Virus record (IMG/VR): IMGVR_UViG_3300023180_000058
Span: 1-59,533 of that record
Length of the DNA stretch: 59,533 bases
Source of the DNA: a virus
Taxonomy: Duplodnaviria; Caudoviricetes
Reading direction: 5' to 3' (one strand)
In this document: one piece after another, positions 29,850 through 38,707 of the stretch
Layout of the letters: the number at the start of each line of letters is the position of its first letter
How positions within the stretch are numbered: position 1 is the first letter of the stretch
Program-made: the position numbers and the translations under genes
The notes under the pieces: generated by a model
Seen by the model: the letters and a program-made list of their open reading frames with translations, nothing else
The model's database searches: none
What the model was told of the DNA's origin: nothing

Positions 29850-30243
29850 TGATAAAAAACTAAACGAAATAGCAAAACTAGAAAAAGCAATAAAAGAACG
29901 ATGGGGTGAAGAAGCAATCAAAACACCTCAAAGTGGATGGGACGAGACCAAAGAAAAAGACTATAAAGAACAACGAAAAGAGTTGGCTCAAAAAATCCAA
30001 TCTAATGACGCCGAGACTTTAGAAGAGCAAAAAGGATTTTTTATTACAAAGAGACTACTTAGTAAAGAAAGCAAATCTAAATGCCCTATTTGTTCTTCAC
30101 AGATCAAGACCTTAAAAGACGAAACTTGTAAAACCAAATGGGATTCTTGTTTCAAGTGTTATGTTCAGTGGATCGAAGGAAGAGAAGAAAGGTGGAAAGA
30201 AGGATGGAGACCAGATGAAAATTACAAAAGCAAGATTAGTTGA
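29836..30243 (+). CDS. Hypothetical protein with C-terminal zinc finger
   Basis: CPIC...CFKC followed by WIEGREERW. Confidence 0.6.
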   Translation: MLPLDDKKLNEIAKLEKAIKERWGEEAIKTPQSGWDETKEKDYKEQRKELAQKIQSNDAETLEEQKGFFITKRLLSKESKSKCPICSSQIKTLKDETCKTKWDSCFKCYVQWIEGREERWKEGWRPDENYKSKIS

Positions 30244-30715
30244 GGCCATCAAAGAAGAAATAGCCGGTCTAGACGAGGCAACCTTTGGAGGTCTTTTTGG
30301 CCGTGGCAAGAAAACCCCACTCCAAAGACCACGAAGAGGTCCGAGCGGAGCGGACGATCTAGATGTTCGTGCTACCGAGATCGAAGCCGGTGATTCCACT
30401 GCTGGGCTTAACAGAGGACAGATGAAGGCATACAGCGCTGCAATTGCAGATGCTGCTGCAGACGCTGCCAAGATGGATGCCGAAACTTCACAAAAAGACT
30501 TTGAGCGTGTTATGGGCTGGGCAAATGATCAGGGCATAGCAACAGAAAAAGACATTGCACGAGCAGTGCTTGATGCAATAGAGACAATGGACAGTGGTAT
30601 GATAGCCAAGATCCAAGAGCCTCTTCTTGGTGACGAAGATTTCATTGAGCAGCTAGCAAAAAAGATTGCCCAATACAAACACCCTCAGTCGTCTCAGGAA
30701 CCCCAGGGAGAATAA
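30215..30715 (+). CDS. Hypothetical protein, probable internal head protein
   Basis: Start reassigned to ATG 30215 (GGAGA SD at 30206). N-terminus MKITKARLVEAIKEEI...LDE carries I/L-x-E protease-type sites. Confidence 0.55.
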   Translation: MKITKARLVEAIKEEIAGLDEATFGGLFGRGKKTPLQRPRRGPSGADDLDVRATEIEAGDSTAGLNRGQMKAYSAAIADAAADAAKMDAETSQKDFERVMGWANDQGIATEKDIARAVLDAIETMDSGMIAKIQEPLLGDEDFIEQLAKKIAQYKHPQSSQEPQGE

Positions 30716-30718
30716 CAA

Positions 30719-31210
30719 ATGACACCAGTCCAAGCACTAGCACAAGCAGCCGCACTAGCTTACGATGGCGGTACCGACGCCAACGGTGACCCACTTAAGA
30801 TTGGCCTTCGCCGTGAAGAGGGCGATTTCATTAAAGATAGCCGTCACATGGACGGGTTCACTGTTCGTACTGCTGGCGACATTCTTACAATTACTTATCA
30901 AACAGACATCAAGCTTAAAGAAGTTTATGGCGGTGGTTTTGAAGAAGAAATGGAAAGAGTTATGGCTGATATCGCCAAATACCTAACCAACCGAGCAAGT
31001 CAGATACTTGGAAAGCGTGTTAGTCTTGGCGCAGACGGTGAAGTTGACGTACTTGTTCAGTCAACATCAAATGTGCGAGTTTTTGCAATTGCGATCAAGA
31101 AGTACAGGATTAACGGAATGAAGGGAATAGATGAGAACCCTCCTATTCCAGCACAAGATAAGTTGATGGAGACTTACCGCCGCTTTGCTAAGAGCGCTAG
31201 GAGCCTATAA
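30719..31210 (+). CDS. Hypothetical protein upstream of terminase
   Basis: 163-aa ORF with SD GGGAG. No recognised motif. Confidence 0.6.
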   Translation: MTPVQALAQAAALAYDGGTDANGDPLKIGLRREEGDFIKDSRHMDGFTVRTAGDILTITYQTDIKLKEVYGGGFEEEMERVMADIAKYLTNRASQILGKRVSLGADGEVDVLVQSTSNVRVFAIAIKKYRINGMKGIDENPPIPAQDKLMETYRRFAKSARSL

Positions 31211-31215
31211 CTAGT

Positions 31216-32787
31216 GTGCTTAGTAAAGAACAAGTAATAAAAGAGATTGTTAGGTGCGGCAAAGATCCCAACTATTTTATTGAGAACTATGTTCGCATCT
31301 CTCATCCCGAAAAAGGTCCTATACCATTTAGGACTTATCCCTTCCAGAAAGACCTTCTTCAAGATTATAACGCTTACCGCTTCAACATAATCTTAAAAGG
31401 ACGTCAGCTTGGTATCTCAACAATAACCGCAGCATACTCTGCGTGGCTTATTCTTTTCCATAGAGAAAAGAACATTCTTGTTGTTGCGACCAAACTCTCA
31501 ACAGCCGGCAACCTGGTTAAAAAAGTTAAGTTCATGATAAAGAACTTACCACCTTGGTTGCAGATAGCTGATATAGCAATAGACAACAGAAACTCATTTG
31601 AGTTAACGAACGGCTCACAAATAAAGGCTTCTTCAACATCAGGAGATGCCGGCCGTTCAGAAGCACTATCACTTCTAGTAGTGGATGAGGCTGCTCACGT
31701 TGATGGCTTGGACGAGCTTTGGAAAGGCTTGTATCCAACACTATCAACCGGAGGTCGTTGTATTGCCTTATCAACACCAAACGGGATTGGCAATTGGTTT
31801 TATCGTATGTATTCCGACGCCGACGCTGGCCTAAACGACTTCCACCCAACCAGTTTACCTTGGGACGTTCACCCTGAGCGTGATGAAGAATGGTATAAAA
31901 AAGAAACAAGAAACATGACCAAAAAGGAGATAGCACAGGAGTTAGAATGCTCCTTCTTATCTTCAGGTGAGACTGTTATTGATGCTGAATATTTAGAATG
32001 GGTATTTGCGCAAGTCCAAGAGCCCCTATACAGAGACGGCTTTGATAGGAACCTTTGGATTTGGCAAGAATACGATCCAGCATCAAAATATTTTATGGCT
32101 GTTGACGTTGCTAGAGGTGACGGCGAAGATTATTCTGCTTTTCACGTTTGGAACATTACCACAAATGAAATAGTTGCAGAATACCAAGGAAAAGTCGCCA
32201 TAGATATGTATGCCAATATGGTGCATCAAGCCGCAACAAGATATGGCACGTGTTTGGTTGTTGTAGAAAGTAATAATATTGGTTTTATGCTTATTGACAA
32301 GTTGAAAGATCTAAGATATAATAACTTATATTATTCTAAGGGAGATGGATTTATTGATCCTTTAATAGCAGAAAACACTGCCGGCGCAACACCCGGCTTT
32401 GCTACTTCTTCTAAGACAAGGCCATTAATCATCGCTAAAATGGAAGAAATGATCCGCAACCAACTAGTTATAGTGAGATCTAAGAGATTATTTGGAGAAT
32501 TTAAAACTTTCGTCTGGAAAAATGGCAGACCTCAAGCAATGAGATCAAAGCACGATGACTTGGTAATGTCTTTTGCAATTGCTTGTTGGATTAGAGACGC
32601 CGTATATGAAGAAAGCGCTTATGACCGAGAAAAATCAGAGAAAATGATGAACGCATTCTTTACAGACAAGAGAGAACTAAATACAACTATCCCTGGAATG
32701 ATTGGCCACTTACCAGTTATAAAATCAAAACAGGCCAGCGAAGCAAAAAAACAACAGCAACAATATTCTTGGCTGTACAAGGGCTAA
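31216..32787 (+). CDS. terL: Terminase large subunit (T4 gp17-like)
   Basis: YPFQ, Walker A KGRQLGIST, Walker B LLVVDEAAH, coupling motif STPNG, QELEC, nuclease DVARGDGEDYS and HDDLVMS. Confidence 0.95.
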   Translation: MLSKEQVIKEIVRCGKDPNYFIENYVRISHPEKGPIPFRTYPFQKDLLQDYNAYRFNIILKGRQLGISTITAAYSAWLILFHREKNILVVATKLSTAGNLVKKVKFMIKNLPPWLQIADIAIDNRNSFELTNGSQIKASSTSGDAGRSEALSLLVVDEAAHVDGLDELWKGLYPTLSTGGRCIALSTPNGIGNWFYRMYSDADAGLNDFHPTSLPWDVHPERDEEWYKKETRNMTKKEIAQELECSFLSSGETVIDAEYLEWVFAQVQEPLYRDGFDRNLWIWQEYDPASKYFMAVDVARGDGEDYSAFHVWNITTNEIVAEYQGKVAIDMYANMVHQAATRYGTCLVVVESNNIGFMLIDKLKDLRYNNLYYSKGDGFIDPLIAENTAGATPGFATSSKTRPLIIAKMEEMIRNQLVIVRSKRLFGEFKTFVWKNGRPQAMRSKHDDLVMSFAIACWIRDAVYEESAYDREKSEKMMNAFFTDKRELNTTIPGMIGHLPVIKSKQASEAKKQQQQYSWLYKG

Positions 32788-32790
32788 AAA

Positions 32791-34731
32791 ATGGCATATA
32801 AAAAAACAATCATACCTAAAAGAAGTTCAGAAAACACAAGAAACCCGGACAACCCACTTTACAAAGCACTTACCCGGCTCTTTTCAGGTCCAATCGTCAA
32901 TTATCGACACGAACAGGCAAGAAAATACCGCCGAAAGGAACTTGATAAGTTTAACTGGACTTCTGCATCAGGAAAAGAGTTCAAAAAAGCCGATTACGAG
33001 AAAAACTACTCGTTTTACGGCGATTTTATGCTCAATCAAAACCGGAATGATCGATATATTGACTTCGATCAGATGGAGTACATGCCAGAACTAAACTCTG
33101 CGCTTGATATTTATGCTGATGAGATGACTACCTCAACGGACATTCGTAAAATGCTTACGATTAACTGTTCGAACCAAGAAATCAAGACAGCATTGCAGAT
33201 TTTGTTTTATGATGTTCTTAATGTTGATCTCAATCTTTACGGATGGGCAAGAACTCTTTGTAAGTATGGAGACTTTTTCCTTTATCTAGACGTTGATGAA
33301 AAACTAGGCATCCAAAATGTTGTTGCTATGCCCCTCAGCGAAATAGAAAGACTGGAAGGGCAAGATGAAAACAATCCAAACTACTTACAGTTTCAGTGGA
33401 ACTCAGGTGGCTTGACTTTCGAGGACTGGCAAATAGCTCATTTTCGTATTTTAGGAAACAATAAGTATAACCCTTATGGTACCTCTGTTCTTGAGGGCTC
33501 TCGCCGTATTTGGAGGCAACTAACACTTGTAGAGGACGCAATGATGTCTTATCGCATCGTAAGAGCGCCCGAACGCCGAGTGTTTTATGTTGATGTTGGC
33601 GCCGTAGCCCCGCAGGACGTAAGCACATACATGCAAGAGGTTATGACCACCCTCAAACGAAATCAGATCATTGATGCAGACAGCGGAAGAGCAGATCTTC
33701 GCTATAACCCAATGTCTGTAGAAGAAGATTACTACATTCCAGTTCGTGGAAGCCAACAAGGAACAAAGATTGAGACATTAGCAGGGGGCCAGTTTACTTC
33801 ACAGATCGAAGACGTAAAATATCTTCGTGAAAAACTGTTTTCCGCTATCAAGATCCCACAAGCTTACCTAGTTGCTGGTGAGAATGCAGAAGACCGAACA
33901 TCTCTCTCACAAAAAGACATTCGCTTCGCCAGAACCATCCAGCGCCTTCAAAAAGCTTTGATATCCGAACTTACAAAGATTGGAATGGTTCACCTTTATA
34001 CTTTAGGCTTTAGAAAGTCTGATCTTACAGGCTTCAACCTCAAGCTTAATAACCCGTCTAGGATTGCCGAACTTCAGGATCTAGAGACAATGAAAACACA
34101 GTTTGAGGTTGCCTCATCCGCAACTGAAGGCTTTTTCTCCAAGAGATACATTGCCGAGCATATTTTCAACATCTCACAAGAAGAGTTCCTTCGCAACCAG
34201 CGTGAAATGTATTTTGACCGTAAGTTCTCTTCTGCTCTTGATGCTGCTGCAGCCTCCGACGAGCAGGAAGCCCCACTTGGTGGAGGTGACATAGGAGCTT
34301 TTGGAGCGGACTCTGAAACACCGGATCTAGGCGCAGAGGAAACACCGGATACTGAAGCTGCTGAGCCAGAAGAGGACATTCTAAAAGTCGCTCCTGGTAA
34401 GAGGGACGATTCTGGAAACATCCTAACAACAACCCCTGCTTCAAAAGGCAAAATGTATCGGCCAAAGAAAGATGGAAGAATCAAGAAAAACCGAATGGCA
34501 ATGAAGTCAATGGCCATTCCAGAGTTCGCAACAGGCAACACAACAAGGTCAAAGATAGGCCTTCCAAAGCCTTCTGAAATCTTTTTTGAGAACGTAGAAC
34601 CAACCTTGGGAGGGATGGTTGAGAAAAAAGAAACTAGTTATACAGTAGAGGGCGATTTTGAGGAGCATTCCAAAGAAATCGACAATCTTTTAGAATCACT
34701 GGAGAGGAAAGATGATAACCAAGTACAATAA
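32791..34731 (+). CDS. Portal protein (T4 gp20-like)
   Basis: ALDIYADE, LVEDAMMSYRIVRAPERRVFYVDVG, EEDYYIPVRG, IETLAGGQ, IEDVKYL, DIRFARTIQRLQ. Confidence 0.95.
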   Translation: MAYKKTIIPKRSSENTRNPDNPLYKALTRLFSGPIVNYRHEQARKYRRKELDKFNWTSASGKEFKKADYEKNYSFYGDFMLNQNRNDRYIDFDQMEYMPELNSALDIYADEMTTSTDIRKMLTINCSNQEIKTALQILFYDVLNVDLNLYGWARTLCKYGDFFLYLDVDEKLGIQNVVAMPLSEIERLEGQDENNPNYLQFQWNSGGLTFEDWQIAHFRILGNNKYNPYGTSVLEGSRRIWRQLTLVEDAMMSYRIVRAPERRVFYVDVGAVAPQDVSTYMQEVMTTLKRNQIIDADSGRADLRYNPMSVEEDYYIPVRGSQQGTKIETLAGGQFTSQIEDVKYLREKLFSAIKIPQAYLVAGENAEDRTSLSQKDIRFARTIQRLQKALISELTKIGMVHLYTLGFRKSDLTGFNLKLNNPSRIAELQDLETMKTQFEVASSATEGFFSKRYIAEHIFNISQEEFLRNQREMYFDRKFSSALDAAAASDEQEAPLGGGDIGAFGADSETPDLGAEETPDTEAAEPEEDILKVAPGKRDDSGNILTTTPASKGKMYRPKKDGRIKKNRMAMKSMAIPEFATGNTTRSKIGLPKPSEIFFENVEPTLGGMVEKKETSYTVEGDFEEHSKEIDNLLESLERKDDNQVQ

Positions 34732-35536
34732 GAAAAGAAACACCGCTTTTCTTTATGAAGCATTAGTTAGAGAGCTTACAAAAGCGGCTCTTGTAGATGA
34801 TAAAGAAAGAGCAGCCAAGGTAACTAAGATTGTAAAGGAGCACTTCAAGAAAGGCACCCTACTTTATAAAGAGCTTCACCTTTACCGAACACTTTTAGAA
34901 ACAAAAGACATGGGCGAGCCTCACTTGGCAGATCGTCTAATCCAAGAAAGCAAGTTTTCGTATGCGATGGCAGACCGAAAGCAAACATTCAACGCACAAA
35001 CAAAGCTTATTGATGCCATAAACAAGCAACTAGGTACAAGCGTATACAACAACTTTGTTCCAAACTACAGAAATCTAGGTACTATACATAACATACTACA
35101 GGGCGTGGAAAACACCAAAAGCCGTGTCATAATGGAAAGCAACCTAGTCAAGAAGCTTTGTGGTCAAGAAACACTCAAAGAAAAGAAAGAGTATAAACCA
35201 ATAGACACATTAGTTTATCGTGAGTTTGTTAAGAAGTTCAATGATGAATATGGCACGATGCTTTCAGAAGGTCAAAAGAAAATAATCTCTCATTTCATTA
35301 CCTCGTTTGCTGATAATGGAGTTGAGTTCAAAATGTTCATCACAGAAAAACTCAATGAACTAAAGTATGCCCTAGAAAGTTATGAAGCAAAAAACCCAGT
35401 TATCTCAGAAGGTATACAAGACATCACAAAGAAGTTTAATAACTTTGAAAACTTAGAGTTGAATGAAGAGCTTCTTTTGAATACCCTTAAGCTTCAATCT
35501 CTAGTAGAGGAGATCAACTATGGCGATTCAAATTAA
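34712..35536 (+). CDS. Conserved-looking hypothetical protein in head cluster
   Basis: 274 aa, helical, YNKKRNTAFLYEALVRE start. Lies between portal and protease. Confidence 0.6.
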   Translation: MITKYNKKRNTAFLYEALVRELTKAALVDDKERAAKVTKIVKEHFKKGTLLYKELHLYRTLLETKDMGEPHLADRLIQESKFSYAMADRKQTFNAQTKLIDAINKQLGTSVYNNFVPNYRNLGTIHNILQGVENTKSRVIMESNLVKKLCGQETLKEKKEYKPIDTLVYREFVKKFNDEYGTMLSEGQKKIISHFITSFADNGVEFKMFITEKLNELKYALESYEAKNPVISEGIQDITKKFNNFENLELNEELLLNTLKLQSLVEEINYGDSN

Positions 35537-36056
35537 AGTAAGCGATTCCTCAACACCGGATACTCCTCCGGATCGCACCATTAAACTAAAAGCGAAAAAA
35601 GCGCTCAACGGCGACATTATGGTCAACGATCATCCGGATCTTCACATAGTCGTCTCACGTAAAGATGCTAAAATAGTAACTTTTCCAAAGACGGAAATGG
35701 GGGAGCACACTTATCATTCACAAGATGATCTTTTCTCTTATCTTGCAGATTATGGCGTTATCGCACACGGTTCAATGCAGGGTGGTATTATGATGGGGTC
35801 TATGGAGGCTGCTATAATGAGCCCTCCGGAAGGTTCTAAAATTGACTTTGTGGAAGTTGTTTTATCAAGGCTTTATGATTATTTCCAAATGGAAGAACCA
35901 AGCTTTGCAATGAACGATAAGTTTGAAGACAACGAGCAAGAGCGGCTTACAGATCCAGAGGTATACACAGATCTAGGGGACGTTCCGCAAGCAGAAAAGA
36001 AAGGCTCAATCGACCCTCGTTTTGCTCGCAGGTATTACATTACTTATCACTTCTAA
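35520..36056 (+). CDS. Hypothetical protein in head cluster
   Basis: 178 aa, SD GAGGAG. Confidence 0.6.
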   Translation: MAIQIKVSDSSTPDTPPDRTIKLKAKKALNGDIMVNDHPDLHIVVSRKDAKIVTFPKTEMGEHTYHSQDDLFSYLADYGVIAHGSMQGGIMMGSMEAAIMSPPEGSKIDFVEVVLSRLYDYFQMEEPSFAMNDKFEDNEQERLTDPEVYTDLGDVPQAEKKGSIDPRFARRYYITYHF

Positions 36057-36325
36057 TGCCGTTACCGCTTTTTATTCTGGCTAGTTATGGCTTGACACAG
36101 ATTTTGGTTTATGGATCAATCTTTAATAGCGTCAGGCCAAAGCACCACTTTTTCCACTGCCCTATGTGCGTTGGTTTTTGGGCTGGTTTGCTTATTTACT
36201 GTATTCTAAACACGCCAGAACTCTCATACGGCTTTGCTTATGGGTGCCTTTCATCAGGCACTTCTTATGCCTTGTGCCAAATCTTTGGAGATGAAGGAAT
36301 AAATTTTAGAATTTATAAAACTTAA
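36056..36325 (+). CDS. Small membrane protein, DUF1360-like
   Basis: Hydrophobic segments with HCPMCVGFW (CxxCxxxW) motif. Confidence 0.6.
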   Translation: MPLPLFILASYGLTQILVYGSIFNSVRPKHHFFHCPMCVGFWAGLLIYCILNTPELSYGFAYGCLSSGTSYALCQIFGDEGINFRIYKT

Positions 36326-36326
36326 C

Positions 36327-36336
36327 ACTATTTATA
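36327..36336 (+). promoter_or_regulatory. Putative late promoter motif ACTATTTATA
   Basis: Intergenic, upstream of the small ORF 36354 and the protease. Confidence 0.7.
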
Positions 36337-36353
36337 AAAGAATGGAGATTATT

Positions 36354-36413
36354 ATGCCTTGGACACAAAAATGGGCTCTACAGCCGGTTCGACGCTGCTG
36401 CAAGGGGTCTTGA
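36354..36413 (+). CDS. 19-aa peptide MPWTQKWALQPVRRCCKGS (below ORF-track cutoff)
   Basis: GGAG SD at 36344-36347, ATG 36354, TGA 36411-36413. Directly behind a late motif. Confidence 0.5.
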   Translation: MPWTQKWALQPVRRCCKGS

Positions 36414-36447
36414 ACCGAGCGGGTGGCGCCCGCCAAAGGAAATTTAG

Positions 36448-37071
36448 ATGCATAAACAATTATTGAGAGAGTTCTATGAACTTTGTGACGGTGGGGTTTG
36501 TCAAGACTTTTTAACAGAAGGTGAAAAGCGCAGAGTATCAGAAGGCGCTGTTATTCTTACTGGATGTTTGCAAAAGTATGGTGAGCGAAACGGCAATGGT
36601 CGTGTCTATCCGGAAAAAACACTTCGCAGAGAAGTAGATAACTACAAAAAAGTAGTTGCCGATCGTCGTTCTGTTGGTGAATTAGACCACCCTGATGACT
36701 CAGTTGTGAATCTTAAGAATGTTTCACATTTGATTACAGATATTTGGCTAGACGGCAATAAAGTAATGGGTAAGTTAGAAGTTCTACCCACTCCAGCAGG
36801 AGACATCTTAAAAGGTCTTGTAAATGCCGGCGTAAAAATAGGTATTTCTTCAAGGGGTCTTGGATCAGTTCGTGAAACTCGTGAAGGAACAATGGTTAAC
36901 GACGACTTCCAACTTATTTGCTTTGATATTGTTCAGGAACCATCAACACCAGGTGCTTTTATTGGCCCCACAAGATCTTCTTATATGAATGAAGACCTTA
37001 CAAGAACCGCTTTGGACAATACCAAAGAGCAAATAATACTTTCAAAAATTTATGACCTAGTAGGATTATAA
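36448..37071 (+). CDS. Prohead protease (T4 gp21-like)
   Basis: NGNGRVYP, GELDHP, VSHLI, TPAG, GISSRGLGS, FDIVQEPSTPGA. Confidence 0.95.
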   Translation: MHKQLLREFYELCDGGVCQDFLTEGEKRRVSEGAVILTGCLQKYGERNGNGRVYPEKTLRREVDNYKKVVADRRSVGELDHPDDSVVNLKNVSHLITDIWLDGNKVMGKLEVLPTPAGDILKGLVNAGVKIGISSRGLGSVRETREGTMVNDDFQLICFDIVQEPSTPGAFIGPTRSSYMNEDLTRTALDNTKEQIILSKIYDLVGL

Positions 37072-37463
37072 TGAATAAAGATGAACTCACAAAGATTTTA
37101 AAGCCTCTTATCAAAGAGTGCGTAAAAGAAGTTATTATGGAAGAGCCAGGAGTTCTTGCTCACATAATCAAAGAATCAGTGCAAGGCGTCTCTGTCTCAA
37201 CTATAACTGAAAGTAGAGATGAAGAGCCTATTCGTAAGTTTATGAAAAAAGCACAAAAAGCCAAGCCAAAGAGAGATCTCAACGAAACCAGAAAACGTCT
37301 CTTGGACTCAATCGGCGGCGCAGGCAACTTTGGCGGCGTGAACATTTTTGAAGGAACGGAGCCGCTAGCAGCCGCACCTTCCTCGCAACAAGAAAAATTC
37401 GGTGCTCTAAGGGACACAGATCCTAACGACGCCGGTGTAGATTTATCAGCTTTCGGACTATAG
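37071..37463 (+). CDS. Hypothetical head-cluster protein
   Basis: N-terminus LKPLIKECVKEVIMEE with I-x-E sites. C-terminal FEGTEPL...DAGVD. Confidence 0.6.
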   Translation: MNKDELTKILKPLIKECVKEVIMEEPGVLAHIIKESVQGVSVSTITESRDEEPIRKFMKKAQKAKPKRDLNETRKRLLDSIGGAGNFGGVNIFEGTEPLAAAPSSQQEKFGALRDTDPNDAGVDLSAFGL

Positions 37464-37470
37464 GAGACCA

Positions 37471-37797
37471 ATGAGAAAGTACAACAAGTCAAGTAGAGGA
37501 AAATTTGAAGAATATGACCGAAAACTTGACAAGAAAAGAAAGAAGTATGGAAAGAAAATCAATGCCCTAGATGGAATTGAGCCATACCAAGTGGAAGTAA
37601 GGAACGGAGATGTCATGAAGGCATACAAAGTTCTAGAGAGGATGTTGAAGAAAGATCGCATCCTTGAAACTTACAGAGAAAGACAATATTACAAAAAACC
37701 TTCGGATGTTCGCAGCGAAGAAAAGCGAAGAAAAAAGAGAAGGCAAGAAAAAGAAAGAATAAGAAGACAGCTTGAAGAAGCAAAAGATAATTCTTAA
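37471..37797 (+). CDS. rpsU: Phage-encoded ribosomal protein bS21 homologue with basic N-terminal extension
   Basis: VEVRNGDVMKAYKVLERMLKKDRILETYRERQYYKKPSDVR...KKRR matches the bS21 pattern (V.V...A...F.R...G.L...R....EKPS). SD AGGAG. Confidence 0.8.
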   Translation: MRKYNKSSRGKFEEYDRKLDKKRKKYGKKINALDGIEPYQVEVRNGDVMKAYKVLERMLKKDRILETYRERQYYKKPSDVRSEEKRRKKRRQEKERIRRQLEEAKDNS

Positions 37798-37813
37798 TCT
37801 TAGGAGATAATCA

Positions 37814-38203
37814 ATGAGCGCATTTCAATATAGGAGTGGGTTGGGTAGCTCTGCTGCTTACCAAGTAAGTGCGATACCTTTTCTTAAAAAACAGACTACC
37901 AGTTTTCCAGGTGGGGCTACAAAGGAATTTACCTTTCCGCAAGTTACAAAATTTATAAAAATTGTTAATACCTCCGGTACTAGCACTTTGAATGTAGGTT
38001 TTTCATACTTGGGTGTAGACTCTGGTGACAATTATTTTACAGTTGGCCCCAACAGTGAATCTGCTATATATTATTGGAGAGTTTCAAGTGTTTTTGTAAA
38101 ACCATCCGGCGGCAGTGGAGCTATAGAAATTCACGCTGGTTTAACAACAGTTTCGGATCTAGAACTAACCAACAACTGGTCTGGATCGGTAGGAGTAGGA
38201 TAA
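37814..38203 (+). CDS. Putative virion (capsid decoration-like) protein, paralog 1
   Basis: Beta-rich 129 aa. Shares MS.FQYRSGLG.SA.YQVS.IP and AGLTT...NNWSGS.GVG with the next gene. Confidence 0.55.
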   Translation: MSAFQYRSGLGSSAAYQVSAIPFLKKQTTSFPGGATKEFTFPQVTKFIKIVNTSGTSTLNVGFSYLGVDSGDNYFTVGPNSESAIYYWRVSSVFVKPSGGSGAIEIHAGLTTVSDLELTNNWSGSVGVG

Positions 38204-38204
38204 G

Positions 38205-38615
38205 ATGAGTGTTTTTCAGTATAGAAGTGGGTTAGGAAACTCTGCTTCTTATCAAGTAAGCTCAATACCCTACTTGTTAAAGGGCAGCCAAATTACCAAT
38301 GATACTATAGTTGAAATAGTTTTTCCAAATGTAACTAACTTTATAGAAATTTTTACAACAGCCGGTTCTGGAGATCTAAGAATAGGGTTTTCATCTCTAG
38401 GGATCCAAAAATCTGCCCCAGCCGGCACTAACTATATTCTGCATTCAGCTGGGACAAGTGAGATTTACGGCTGGCGTGTAACATCTTTGTTCTTACAGAG
38501 ACAAGCGACTGCTCCAACGGCCGTGACCGTGGATTATGAGATTCGTGCTGGTCTAACAACAATCGCCGCAAGTGAACTAGCCAATAACTGGTCAGGTTCT
38601 GCCGGCGTAGGATAA
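38205..38615 (+). CDS. Putative virion (capsid decoration-like) protein, paralog 2
   Basis: Tandem paralog of 37814. Confidence 0.55.
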   Translation: MSVFQYRSGLGNSASYQVSSIPYLLKGSQITNDTIVEIVFPNVTNFIEIFTTAGSGDLRIGFSSLGIQKSAPAGTNYILHSAGTSEIYGWRVTSLFLQRQATAPTAVTVDYEIRAGLTTIAASELANNWSGSAGVG

Positions 38616-38665
38616 GATTATTATAAGCTATTTTTAGGAAAAACAAGTATTTTTAAAAAAGACAC

Positions 38666-38675
38666 ACTATTTATA
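38666..38675 (+). promoter_or_regulatory. Putative late promoter motif ACTATTTATA
   Basis: Intergenic, upstream of the scaffold and major capsid genes. Confidence 0.7.
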
Positions 38676-38707
38676 AGTGGTATTATACTTTATTAAGGAG
38701 TTAGTTA

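Noticed and set aside
30161-30214. ORF-track start for the 184-aa protein
   Set aside because: Deep overlap with the upstream gene. ATG 30215 has an SD and gives a typical MKITKARL leader.
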